Positions 1 to 9,059 of a stretch of DNA of 32,378 nt are shown in pieces (positions within the stretch are counted from its first letter, which is position 1; every line of letters begins with the position of its first letter). The notes beneath the pieces are model-generated. The model did not search any database and was not told the DNA's origin. It was given only the letters and a program-made list of their open reading frames with translations. Source of the DNA: an uncultured Clostridia bacterium (GTDB taxonomy: Bacteria > Bacillota > Clostridia > Christensenellales > UBA1242); the NCBI GenBank assembly GCA_944384495.1, contig CALWTP010000037.1, positions 1 through 32,378 on the forward strand, given 5' to 3'. Both the position numbers and the translations under genes were made by a program.

Positions 1-543
1 AAGCTTATGCATAGCCTCGTTAAACCAAAATTTTTCATGCCAGTACATGGTGAATTTAGGCATCTTAAAACACATAAAGAGCTTGCAATGCGACTTGGCA
101 TGGAAGAGAGGAATATAATTTTACCAACCATAGGAATGCAGGTGGAATTGTCTCCAAATTCTTTAAAACAGGTAGGGTTTATTAAAGCTGGCCAAAGACT
201 TGTAGATGGAATGGGTATTGGAGATATGGACAGCAATGTTTTGCGCGAGCGAAAACAACTGGCAGAGGATGGAATTTGTGTGGTTTGCGTCAATATCAAC
301 AATGTTGCTGGAGAGGTTATCGGCGATCCATTTATTATTACACGAGGTGTGGTTTATGCAGATGAACAGGAAAGCTTTGTAGCTGATGCGAAGGCTTGCA
401 TCATTGCTTCACTTAAGGAGAGCGATTTAAGAGGAGTGGAGCCATCGGTAATCCGTGCATCACTTCGAAGAAATATTTCAAACTTTATTTTCAGACGCAC
501 AAAACGTCGGCCAATGATACTTACAATTGTGTCGCTTGACTAG
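1..543 (+). CDS. rnj: Ribonuclease J, C-terminal part (5' truncated by window)
   Basis: Frame open from base 1; motifs KPKFFMPVHGEFRHL, LVDGMGIGD, VLRERKQLAEDG, TRGVVY and C-terminal RTKRRPMI typical of RNase J. Confidence 0.93.
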   Translation, partial: KLMHSLVKPKFFMPVHGEFRHLKTHKELAMRLGMEERNIILPTIGMQVELSPNSLKQVGFIKAGQRLVDGMGIGDMDSNVLRERKQLAEDGICVVCVNINNVAGEVIGDPFIITRGVVYADEQESFVADAKACIIASLKESDLRGVEPSVIRASLRRNISNFIFRRTKRRPMILTIVSLD

Positions 544-546
544 GTT

Positions 547-1134
547 GTGAATATGGAAACATTAAAGGAAAAAGCCCGACGTGAGCATATTCCCATTCTG
601 CGAGATATGACAGCAGAGGCACTCAAACAAATATGTATTGAGAAAAAGCCAAAAGCGGTTTTAGAGATAGGTACCGCAATAGGATACAGCGGTCTGTTAA
701 TTTTAAACAATTCTCCATGTCATCTGACGACTGTTGAAAAAGACCCAATTCGGGCGACAGAGGCCTGTGCCAACTTTAGTCATTATGGTTTTTCACAAAG
801 GGTCACACTGTTACAAAAAGATGCCCTCGATGCTTTAATACAATTAACAGAAGAGGGGAAAAAATTTGATTTAATCTTTTTAGACGGCCCGAAGGGACAA
901 TATATCAAATATTATGATTTTTTAAAACAATTGCTTGGCAGTCAACGTATATTGTTTGCTGATAATGTCTTGCTTTTTGGAGAGGTTTTTGCGAGCGCTA
1001 CCATTCCTCACAAGCATCGTTCTATGGTGGTCAATATGCGAAAGTTTTTGATAAGACTGCAGGGCGATACCGATTTTGAGACAAAAATTTATCAAATTGA
1101 AGATGGCTATAGTATCAGCCGATTGAAAAAGTAA
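547..1134 (+). CDS. SAM-dependent O-methyltransferase, TrmR/YrrM-like (start GTG 547 or ATG 553)
   Basis: HIPIL, VLEIGTAIGYSG, FDLIFLDGPKGQY, FADNVL, EDG motifs; directly after rnj. Confidence 0.85.
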   Translation: MNMETLKEKARREHIPILRDMTAEALKQICIEKKPKAVLEIGTAIGYSGLLILNNSPCHLTTVEKDPIRATEACANFSHYGFSQRVTLLQKDALDALIQLTEEGKKFDLIFLDGPKGQYIKYYDFLKQLLGSQRILFADNVLLFGEVFASATIPHKHRSMVVNMRKFLIRLQGDTDFETKIYQIEDGYSISRLKK

Positions 1135-1378
1135 CAGTTTTAAAAACTGTCAACTTAAAATAGTAGCAAAAATGAGCTATTGAGAAAAAAATCTTCTGTG
1201 AGTTAAAAAGCATCATGGAAGTTTTTTTTAAAATTTTAGCTGTAATACGAGAGTTTCAATTTGATCTGTCACTCATCAATCGTTATGCTGATAATGTTAT
1301 TAATAATTGTGTGTTTTAATAGATTGTTTTTATGATAAAGAACACATAATACAAAAATTTTGAATAAAACTAAATTTG

Positions 1379-1407
1379 TTGTGTTTTTTTCGATAATTTG
1401 TTACAAT
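1379..1407 (+). promoter_or_regulatory. sigmaA-type promoter for the PAP2-tsaE-tsaB unit
   Basis: TTGTGT (1379-1384), 17 bp, TG-n-TACAAT (1399-1407). Confidence 0.5.
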
Positions 1408-1415
1408 ATAAGTAT

Positions 1416-1976
1416 ATGAAGTTTGAAGCGGATATTATCGAATTTTTACAGGCAAATGCCAGCGTGGGGTTTATAAAACTCTTTCAATTTATAACACTTT
1501 TTGGGAGTCTGCTTGGGGCTTTTATTGTGTTTTTTATTTTGTTTTTTACCAAACGTAATCTAAGCTATGCTTTTCTTGCAACCTATATTGTCGCGGTGGT
1601 ATTCAATAAGGTGTTAAAAGCAATCATCATGCGTGATCGTCCGTTTGAGACTTATGATACAATTGCAAACTATGACGATGTCAGTGGCTATAGTATGCCA
1701 TCTGGTCACAGTCAAAGTGCAGGAGTTTTGGCAACTTTCATCTTTTATCTAATTTTGACAGTGTCGACAAAAAAGTCAACTAAAATTTTAGGTTTTATAA
1801 GTTGTTTGTTATATGTTGTGTTGATTGCCTTTTCACGCATGGTGCTTGGGGCACATTATTTAAGCGACACAATTGTTGGAATTATGGTTGGTATTTTATT
1901 TGCAATATTTGGCATCTTGATATATAATAAAGTCATTAAAAAGAAAAAGGATAAAAGCATTAGGCTTAGGGAATAG
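1416..1976 (+). CDS. PAP2-family membrane phosphatase (undecaprenyl-PP/lipid phosphatase-like); ATG 1416 preferred over TTG 1398
   Basis: C1 KAIIMRDRP, C2 PSGH, C3 SRMVLGAHYLSD; several hydrophobic segments. Confidence 0.9.
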   Translation: MKFEADIIEFLQANASVGFIKLFQFITLFGSLLGAFIVFFILFFTKRNLSYAFLATYIVAVVFNKVLKAIIMRDRPFETYDTIANYDDVSGYSMPSGHSQSAGVLATFIFYLILTVSTKKSTKILGFISCLLYVVLIAFSRMVLGAHYLSDTIVGIMVGILFAIFGILIYNKVIKKKKDKSIRLRE

Positions 1977-1978
1977 CA

Positions 1979-2419
1979 ATGGAAAAAATAATATCAGTGG
2001 AGACGAACGGTCCCGAGCAGACCATGCTTGTGGCAGAAAAATTGGCAAAGACCACTGGGAAAGGTGTGGTATTTACTTTAAGAGGTGATCTTGGAGCCGG
2101 AAAGACTCACTTTGTAAAGGGTTTTGTCAAAGGACTTGGCTGTGATAGCCTTGTAACAAGTCCAACATTTACTCTTTTAAATGTATATGATGGCGGTCGA
2201 GTGCCAGTCTATCATTTTGATATGTATAGGCTTTCTTCATTAGATGAAGCGAAAGAGCTTGGTTTTGATGAATATTTTGACCTGTCAAGTTTAGACGGAA
2301 TTGTCATGGTTGAATGGCCAGAAAATGTTGAGGGATTGATAACTTGTCCTCATATTGAGATCGAAATAAAGAAAATTGATAATGAGAGAAGAAAAATAAC
2401 GATAGGAAGTGTCAAATGA
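1979..2419 (+). CDS. tsaE: t6A37 biosynthesis ATPase TsaE
   Basis: GDLGAGKT, VTSPTFTL, HFDMYRL, VEWP motifs. Confidence 0.95.
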   Translation: MEKIISVETNGPEQTMLVAEKLAKTTGKGVVFTLRGDLGAGKTHFVKGFVKGLGCDSLVTSPTFTLLNVYDGGRVPVYHFDMYRLSSLDEAKELGFDEYFDLSSLDGIVMVEWPENVEGLITCPHIEIEIKKIDNERRKITIGSVK

Positions 2420-3054
2420 TTGCAATTTCATCTTCAACAAAAAGAGCATTAATAGCAATTGATATAAATGGAAAAAGAGCGACAAGTGAGCTTGAGAGTA
2501 ATTGCAAGCATGCCGAAAATATTTTAAAAGAGATTGATCGTCTTTTACAAGAGATAGGTGAGCCGATTTCTGGTAATGATTGTTATAGTGTGGTAATAGG
2601 GCCGGGTTCTTTCACAGGAATAAGGATAGCAATATCTCTGGTAAAAGGTTTTACAGCTTGTCAAAATGATCATGTGATAACACTGACCACCTTTGATTTA
2701 ATGGCTAGGTCACATATAAAGTACAAAAAGAGTGAGAAGAATTTTTTTTGTGTCATAAATGCTCTTAGTGGCTTATATTATATTTGTGAATATAATCAGT
2801 ATGGGAAGAAAATATCAAACGAGAGCATAATTACAAAAGAACAGCTGAGCAGTCTTGATGGGGAAATCGTTACTTTAAAGGAAGAAAATTTAGGCGGTAT
2901 TCAAGTAGAATTGACAGCAGATATCCTTCTGATGTTGTCACTTGAAAAGCTGAAACATCAAGATTTTACTGACAAAAATTTGCTTTCCGCACTATATTTA
3001 AGGAAAAGCCAGGCGGAAGATAATCTAGAAAAAAAAGTAGCAAAAAATGATTAA
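2416..3054 (+). CDS. tsaB: t6A37 biosynthesis protein TsaB (divergent)
   Basis: HAENIL, GPGSFTGIRI, C-terminal ALYLRKSQAE; ATGA overlap with tsaE. Confidence 0.88.
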   Translation: MIAISSSTKRALIAIDINGKRATSELESNCKHAENILKEIDRLLQEIGEPISGNDCYSVVIGPGSFTGIRIAISLVKGFTACQNDHVITLTTFDLMARSHIKYKKSEKNFFCVINALSGLYYICEYNQYGKKISNESIITKEQLSSLDGEIVTLKEENLGGIQVELTADILLMLSLEKLKHQDFTDKNLLSALYLRKSQAEDNLEKKVAKND

Positions 3055-3072
3055 AAAAAATTGCAAAAATGA

Positions 3073-3101
3073 TAGACTTTTATTGTTTATACTTGTATAA
3101 T
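3073..3101 (+). promoter_or_regulatory. sigmaA-type promoter for the zinc-ribbon/acidic-tail gene
   Basis: TAGACT (3073-3078), 17 bp, TATAAT (3096-3101); RBS AGGAGG at 3130-3135. Confidence 0.7.
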
Positions 3102-3143
3102 GAGGTAGAATAAATCTTATATGAAAGTTAGGAGGAATTTAAA

Positions 3144-3644
3144 ATGAAAAAACCAGTCTATGTAAGATGTCCTAGATGTGAACTCAATTATATTCAAAAA
3201 AAGGATAAATATTGTTCTGTTTGCAAATCAGAAATGGAAGCAAAAAAGGACTATGTGGATGATTTTGATTTGGAGCTTTGCCCAATTTGCAAAACCAATT
3301 ATATTCAACCAGACGAAATCATGTGTTCAAGTTGTCTTAAAGAACATCAAAATGAGGATGGCGAACTTAGCAGTGATTGGGAAGATTATATGATAAGCGA
3401 TGATCAAGATGATGCAATGGGTGACGACGATGTAGGGGATATGGCCTCTGTCAACGATATCACCAAGTCCAGTTTGCTAGATGATGAAGATCTTGCACCT
3501 GATATTGATTTTGATGACGATGATGAAGATCTTGGATTTGATGATGATGACGATAATGATGACGACGATGATGAAGAAGATGATGATTTTGACTATGATG
3601 ACGATGATGATGACGATTTTGATTACGATGACGATGATGAATAA
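3144..3644 (+). CDS. Hypothetical protein: duplicated 4-Cys zinc-ribbon module plus long Asp/Glu-rich tail
   Basis: CPRCELNYI..YCSVC and CPICKTNYI..MCSSC; C-terminal ~55 aa mostly D/E; own promoter, strong RBS and terminator. Confidence 0.85.
   Translation: MKKPVYVRCPRCELNYIQKKDKYCSVCKSEMEAKKDYVDDFDLELCPICKTNYIQPDEIMCSSCLKEHQNEDGELSSDWEDYMISDDQDDAMGDDDVGDMASVNDITKSSLLDDEDLAPDIDFDDDDEDLGFDDDDDNDDDDDEEDDDFDYDDDDDDDFDYDDDDE
3481..3641 (+). repeat. Low-complexity (GAY)n coding tract, including duplicated DDDFDYDDDD unit
   Basis: Runs of GAT/GAC codons within the 3144-3644 CDS. Confidence 0.8.
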
Positions 3645-3663
3645 TATTTAAAATATCAAGAGG

Positions 3664-3694
3664 AGAATAGGTGGCTTTTGTCCACCTATTCTTT
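3664..3694 (+). terminator. Intrinsic terminator
   Basis: Perfect 11-bp stem AGAATAGGTGG / CCACCTATTCT, 7-nt loop, short T tail. Confidence 0.75.
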
Positions 3695-3995
3695 ATCGCA
3701 AGTTGAGCCTGCTTACAAGAAGCAAATTGATGGTTAAACTATCGGTGTCAAGATGTAAATTTGTGCCAAGAACAGGCTCGTGGCAGCATTTTGCGCATAT
3801 ACGGACATTGAGATAATCCATATTTTTTTTACGATATATAAGTAAATCTTATGTTTACCAATAGCTTTTTATGTCTAAAATAAAATTCTAATATTGGTAA
3901 TAGCAATCAGCAGTTCATCTTATATTTTAAATGGCACAAGTCCAACAAAAAAGACTTTATCTTTTGACAGAGAATATGCGGTATTTTACCAACAT

Positions 3996-4036
3996 AAAAA
4001 CCTTGACGATTTGCATAATACAAAGTCAAGGTTTTT
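3996..4036 (-). terminator. Intrinsic terminator, probably bidirectional, after the 1153-aa gene
   Basis: AAAAACCTTGAC ... GTCAAGGTTTTT inverted repeat 4 nt from the stop codon at 4041. Confidence 0.8.
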
Positions 4037-4040
4037 CTAT

Positions 4041-7000
4041 TTATGAGTTTTTGTCTGTTTTGTCGCTGTTTTTTTGAATAGTTTGCTCCTCACGAAGTTT
4101 TTTCTTCTCTTGAAGTTTTTGTTGTTTTATTGCAGTCTTAGTTGCTTTTTTCTCAAGCGCATAATCTTTTTCTTGTTCAGCAATAATGTTTCTTTGTATT
4201 GAGAGAAGGTATTCAGCAGACATACAATTTTTAATTTTTTCGTCAATAATATTTATCTTTTCATCAAGTCGAGCAATATTCGTTGTATATTTTTTGAATG
4301 TTTTTTCAACTTGTTTGGTAATTTTGTCCTTATTTGTTTCACGAGCTTCCCTCATATATTCTTTGTGTTCCTGCTCAAGTTGAGATTTTTCTTCAAGAAG
4401 TTGCTGTTTAGCTTGAGTTAATCCATCAAATTCGGCATCTCGGCGTTTTTGTGCCTCGTGAAGCACAGCATCATGGTTTATTGAAAGTTTCCGATCGTAT
4501 GATTCTTTACGAACCTTTTCAATCTTTTTAATTTTAATTCTTCGCAGTGCAAAGCCAACAATCGCAACTATAAGCACAACACCCATAATAATTGAAGAGA
4601 TGAGAAGCAGTGGATTTATTCCCTCATTTTCTGGTGATGAATCATCAGTTGTCGTGTTGTCATCCTCTTCAGTGCTGTCATCTGTTTCAGCAGCGGACTG
4701 TGCAGGAGTAAATACCCTTTGATCTAATAATGGCGAGAACTGTGCACCATTATATTCACTTTCTGTAATAGCGGTGAAATTAAGGTGAGTGATAAGGGCA
4801 GTACCAAGGGTTTGATTGCAATCGGATACAAGGGTAAATTTAATGGTCGGGTTTACTGCCTCATTGCAGTGCAAATAAAACTTATAATTTTGCAGGGTAG
4901 TGGTTGCGAGGATTTGGGTTGTCTGTTCAAAGCCCTCCACTTCCACAGTTAAACCAAATTGGCAGTTGTGGTCATCAGTTGATGCTGTCCAAGCATTATC
5001 ATTAAACAGAGTTGCAAGGTCAAATGAAAGCAAATAATAACTATCGGCCGAGAGTGACAAAGTATAGTTTGACGTTAGCGATGCACTGCTGGCATACATT
5101 GTTTGAAGGACAAGCAAATTGGAATCTTCTACTCTTAAAGATTCATCATAGACAATATAAGGGTTATCCACACCGCTCACCAGTCCACCAATGGCGCAAT
5201 CATTTGAATCGGCCTCAGTTTTTGTCGTATCATAAATTTGATCTATTGTAAGCTGATAGGCAGGTGAGGAGCTTATTAGATTTGAAGGTTCTCCGTTTTC
5301 AGTTATTGAAAAATAATAATCAGATAAATCACTAGTGTAATGTCCATTATTAAAGTTGTTTTCAGTTGAAGTTTCAACCAAGAAATTATCAAGATAAACA
5401 ATTCCGCCTGCCAAATTATCTTCATCGCCCAGACTGATTCTTATTGAAACGTCGTTGGAAACAGTTTCTGCGGTTTTGACGAAAATTTCAACGTTATTCC
5501 ATCTATTCAAACTCGATAGACCTTCCTGTGTAAAGATCACGATATCATTTGAATCTATCAGCTCCACTTTTATCTGTGAAGGATTCAGTCCCGAGGTATT
5601 TTGGTTGTAGTAGTCAAACGAGATCTTATAATAACTGTTGCTTAATAAGGTGGTTGTCGAGGATGTTACAGACTGATAACTATTTGCACTGTTAAACATC
5701 ATATAGACGTTATTTGGAATACTATAATTTAAAGTATTATTTGGATGTCCTGGATAAATTCCAGCCCAAGTATACTTATTGCTATACAACGATTTATACA
5801 ATTCATTATCATACAGATAAATAATTCCGCTTTCACTTTTGTCCTCATCAGATATTGACGTTGTCCAGTCACTTGCAGTAATAGGATATGTGTTGTCAGA
5901 AGCAAACTGGGACGCATTGAAATAAGGATTGCTTATTCCAGAAGAAGGGGTGGACGAGAAAGACTGAAGTTCAAGACTATTTGAAGCAGATGAAAAATCT
6001 TCATAATCTGCATAAGTTATTTCAATATTATCGACAATAACGCACCCCTCGGCTGTTGTCGTTTCATCTCCAAGCCACAGCTCAATATTGATTGAGCTAT
6101 CATACAAAGAATGGCCTTTAACATACATATCGACAGTTTGATAATCATTTGTAAATGCATTTGTTGTATTGGATGAAATACCAGATGTTTGACCACTTTG
6201 TGTTTGATAGTAATTATCATTATTCTCATCATTGCTTAAAATTTGTGGATAATATGAGTAAATATTATCATTTTCCTGTACTTTCATGTAAAATGAGCCA
6301 GAAACTTCAGTGACTTTGACACTAAATGAAATTTTATATATATTATGCGCCTTAATCTCAATATCCTGGCTACGAACACCGACATATCCAGCTTCAGAAT
6401 CTGTATAGAGTATCATGCCTTGTGAATTGTCATAAGATAGATCATCTCCAATATAGGTGTAGCCGTAGAGTTCTGTAAAGGATGCAGGTTGCATTTTGAT
6501 TTTTGAAATTACCGCGTGTGCAGAAGAGGTTCTTTTAACAATTGACCATTCGTTGCCAAGTGTATTTGTGTCTTCAATGATAGGATTTTCAAAATCCAAG
6601 TTATAACCATTTAGCTCAACATAAGCCTTGGTGCTTTGAAGATCATTTACAAGGAAGCAAGTTGGCTCACTATAATTTTGATATGTGTCAATGCCTTGAT
6701 ATCCATAATCATAACATGTTTCAAAGAAGGCATTTTCGCTATAACGTGTTGCACGTATTTCATCAAAGAAAACAACGCCAGAACTTCTTCCGCCGTGAGC
6801 ACTTCCAAGATATAGATCAATGGTAACTGTTTGGCTTGTATCACCAGTGGCAATAAAGATATGATAATCTGTCCATGTTTGATTTAAAATGTTTTCATAT
6901 CCAATTGCATCCAAAGTATTGCCATTTCTATCCACAAGGCCATTGACATAAATTGAGGCATTCGCACTCTGATCACCGTTTGTAGCTGTTTTTACCGATA

Positions 7001-7502
7001 TTGTGAAGCTGTAATATGAATTTGCTTCAAGTGTAATGCTCTCTGATCGATATCCCTTTTGTGCAGAGACATTTACATCAGAAGAGGTTGATTTTGAATT
7101 TATCATCAAAATACGGGTGTCATTGTTGCCTCGTTTTCCAGGATTTGTTTCCAGCATATAGGTTGCTCTATATCGCGAGAAGGTGCTGTTTGATCCAGTT
7201 TCATCAGTAGTTGTACCAGTTCCTACATCGACAAACATTCCTGTCGCATTAGATGAAGTTTCTATTGCGCTCCAGCCAGACAGATTGTTGCTTGATGATG
7301 CAAAAGATCCCTGAGTAAAAGACGAGTTTGCAATTTCAACATTCTCCTGATATGCATCGATATAATTTGCAGCCTCAAGTGCAGAAGTTTGGGCTTCTTC
7401 GTGATAATGATTTAAACTTATAGGTGCAAAAAGAGCAACAGGAAAAAGAAATACCGCACATAGTTTTAACATCTTTGACTTTAATTTTTCTTTTTTAATC
7501 AT
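4041..7502 (-). CDS. Large single-pass surface protein: signal peptide, four CBM4/9-like (galactose-binding jelly-roll) repeats, acidic linker, TM helix, cytoplasmic coiled coil
   Basis: Repeated pattern N.SF..W / L...SYY.(F/I)SF / I.L.LG....G.V..DN; TM LLLISSIIMGVVLIVAIVGFAL followed by RRIKIKK and a K/E/Q-rich helical tail; RBS AGGTGG. Domain identity is inferred. Confidence 0.8.
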   Translation of the reverse strand: MIKKEKLKSKMLKLCAVFLFPVALFAPISLNHYHEEAQTSALEAANYIDAYQENVEIANSSFTQGSFASSSNNLSGWSAIETSSNATGMFVDVGTGTTTDETGSNSTFSRYRATYMLETNPGKRGNNDTRILMINSKSTSSDVNVSAQKGYRSESITLEANSYYSFTISVKTATNGDQSANASIYVNGLVDRNGNTLDAIGYENILNQTWTDYHIFIATGDTSQTVTIDLYLGSAHGGRSSGVVFFDEIRATRYSENAFFETCYDYGYQGIDTYQNYSEPTCFLVNDLQSTKAYVELNGYNLDFENPIIEDTNTLGNEWSIVKRTSSAHAVISKIKMQPASFTELYGYTYIGDDLSYDNSQGMILYTDSEAGYVGVRSQDIEIKAHNIYKISFSVKVTEVSGSFYMKVQENDNIYSYYPQILSNDENNDNYYQTQSGQTSGISSNTTNAFTNDYQTVDMYVKGHSLYDSSINIELWLGDETTTAEGCVIVDNIEITYADYEDFSSASNSLELQSFSSTPSSGISNPYFNASQFASDNTYPITASDWTTSISDEDKSESGIIYLYDNELYKSLYSNKYTWAGIYPGHPNNTLNYSIPNNVYMMFNSANSYQSVTSSTTTLLSNSYYKISFDYYNQNTSGLNPSQIKVELIDSNDIVIFTQEGLSSLNRWNNVEIFVKTAETVSNDVSIRISLGDEDNLAGGIVYLDNFLVETSTENNFNNGHYTSDLSDYYFSITENGEPSNLISSSPAYQLTIDQIYDTTKTEADSNDCAIGGLVSGVDNPYIVYDESLRVEDSNLLVLQTMYASSASLTSNYTLSLSADSYYLLSFDLATLFNDNAWTASTDDHNCQFGLTVEVEGFEQTTQILATTTLQNYKFYLHCNEAVNPTIKFTLVSDCNQTLGTALITHLNFTAITESEYNGAQFSPLLDQRVFTPAQSAAETDDSTEEDDNTTTDDSSPENEGINPLLLISSIIMGVVLIVAIVGFALRRIKIKKIEKVRKESYDRKLSINHDAVLHEAQKRRDAEFDGLTQAKQQLLEEKSQLEQEHKEYMREARETNKDKITKQVEKTFKKYTTNIARLDEKINIIDEKIKNCMSAEYLLSIQRNIIAEQEKDYALEKKATKTAIKQQKLQEKKKLREEQTIQKNSDKTDKNS

Positions 7503-7537
7503 AGTCCACCTTTTTAATCAAGTAAATTTACTAATGT

Positions 7538-7566
7538 AGTATACAACATTTACAGTCTTTAATCAA
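7538..7566 (-). promoter_or_regulatory. sigmaA-type promoter for the 1153-aa gene
   Basis: Minus strand TTGATT, 17 bp, TATACT. Confidence 0.6.
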
Positions 7567-7598
7567 ATAATTTTCAAGTTTTTATTCATAATAATTAT

Positions 7599-8108
7599 AT
7601 GTTACCAAATAAAGGAAGCCTCAAGAAGAAGATTTCAGATTTAAAATGTGCAAACAAGGCCAACAATATAAGCATTTTTCAAAAAAATCAGCTTATTTTG
7701 ATGCAAAAAAAGTTGAATTTTGTCAAAATTAAGAAAACAAGACAAAAGAATAAAATTGGTTGTCATTTTTGGCTGATTTTAAGCGGGGCTGTCATAGGAT
7801 TTTTGAACGGTTTTTTTGGCGGAGGCGGAGGTATGGTATGTGTACCAATTCTAGAAAAAGTTTTGCATCTTGACTCAAAACGCTCTCACGCCACAGCCAT
7901 TGCTGTAATTTTGCCTCTATCGATCATTTCTGCGTTTATTTATGTAATCAATGGTTATATTGAATCAGTTTCGCTCTTAACAGTAGGCCTTGGTTTTGTT
8001 TTAGGCGGTATAGTGGGGGCATTTGCCCTTAAATTTTTACCGCCAAAAGCAATAAGAATAATCTTTGCGATAATCATGTTTATAGGAGGATTAAAATTAA
8101 TTTTATGA
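7599..8108 (+). CDS. TauE/SafE sulfite exporter family, half-size protein 1 (true start uncertain, possibly ATG 7701)
   Basis: GFLNGFFGGGGGMVCVPIL, SHATAIAVILP, GGIVGA; no clear RBS at 7599. Confidence 0.82.
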   Translation: MLPNKGSLKKKISDLKCANKANNISIFQKNQLILMQKKLNFVKIKKTRQKNKIGCHFWLILSGAVIGFLNGFFGGGGGMVCVPILEKVLHLDSKRSHATAIAVILPLSIISAFIYVINGYIESVSLLTVGLGFVLGGIVGAFALKFLPPKAIRIIFAIIMFIGGLKLIL

Positions 8109-8497
8109 GTTTTTTGACTATTTTTCTTTTAGTACTATTTGGGTTTTTAGCGGGAATTTTTGGAGGGCTTGGTATGGGTGGCGGGACACTCCTTATACCA
8201 CTTCTATCGATTTTTTTGGGGTTTGACCAAAAACTATGCCAAGGGCTTAATTTGATGGCATTTCTCGTAATGGCAATTTTTTCCCTTATAATTCATTACA
8301 AACATGGTTATATTGCCACCAAAAAGCTATCATATATTATTTTAAGTGGAATCTTATTTTCAATTTTAGGTGCTCTTTTGGCTGGCAAATTACCAAGCGA
8401 AATATTAAGAATTGCATTTGGAATATTTTTATGCTTTTTGGCAATTATTGAATTTATCAAGGTTTTTGTCAAAAATAAGAAAGGACAGTCAAAGTAA
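8105..8497 (+). CDS. TauE/SafE sulfite exporter family, half-size protein 2
   Basis: GIFGGLGMGGGTLLIPLL, Q...QGLNL; ATGA overlap with the upstream half. Confidence 0.85.
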   Translation: MSFLTIFLLVLFGFLAGIFGGLGMGGGTLLIPLLSIFLGFDQKLCQGLNLMAFLVMAIFSLIIHYKHGYIATKKLSYIILSGILFSILGALLAGKLPSEILRIAFGIFLCFLAIIEFIKVFVKNKKGQSK

Positions 8498-8834
8498 ACA
8501 ATACACAAACAGACCAAACAAAATTGATTCATAAAAGCAAAAGATATCTGTTTTTTTATATCACATCTTAAAAATTCCCTTAAGACGAAAGTCTTGCGGA
8601 CAAATTTAATCTATCTTGCTAGTGTTTACTGAGATTTTACAAAGAAGTTTTAAGTTTAAAAATTGCATTTGGTGCTTCGTTAATAAGCCATACTTGATTT
8701 TAGCAAATTTACAAATCAATGTTCACTTCTGCATATCTTCTTTAGTGAGTTGAGAGGGATAAGCTGTCTATATATCGTTTATTTAGCAAAATTATCTACT
8801 ATTTTATTTTTTTATTAAATTTATTGTGTTAAAG

Positions 8835-8863
8835 TTTACATTCTTTTTAAAATGTGCTAAAAT
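8835..8863 (+). promoter_or_regulatory. sigmaA-type promoter for ferredoxin and Ppx-like gene
   Basis: TTTACA (8835-8840), 17 bp, TG-n-TAAAAT (8855-8863). Confidence 0.7.
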
Positions 8864-8882
8864 ATCGTAACTGGAGGAGAAA

Positions 8883-9050
8883 ATGATAGATAAAAATAAG
8901 TGCATAGGGTGTGGAACGTGCGTTGCTATCTGTCCGGTAGGCGCATTAAGTTTTGATAAAGACGGAAAAGCCGTTATGGATAAAACAAAATGTATTCATT
9001 GCGGGGCTTGTGAGGCAAGTTGTCCAGTGGAGGCAATAAAATTAGATTAA
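8883..9050 (+). CDS. 2[4Fe-4S] clostridial-type ferredoxin, 55 aa (not in ORF track)
   Basis: Translated by hand: MIDKNKCIGCGTCVAICPVGALSFDKDGKAVMDKTKCIHCGACEASCPVEAIKLD; two CxxCxxCxxxCP motifs; RBS GGAGGA at 8873. Confidence 0.95.
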   Translation: MIDKNKCIGCGTCVAICPVGALSFDKDGKAVMDKTKCIHCGACEASCPVEAIKLD

Positions 9051-9059
9051 GAGGTTTTT

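Noticed and set aside
1-6. HindIII site at the window start
   Set aside because: In frame within rnj; AAGCTT is common in this sequence, so it carries no biological signal
3481-3641. Trinucleotide-like repeat as a CRISPR array or contingency locus
   Set aside because: Mixed GAT/GAC/GAA codons encoding poly-Asp; no repeat-spacer structure
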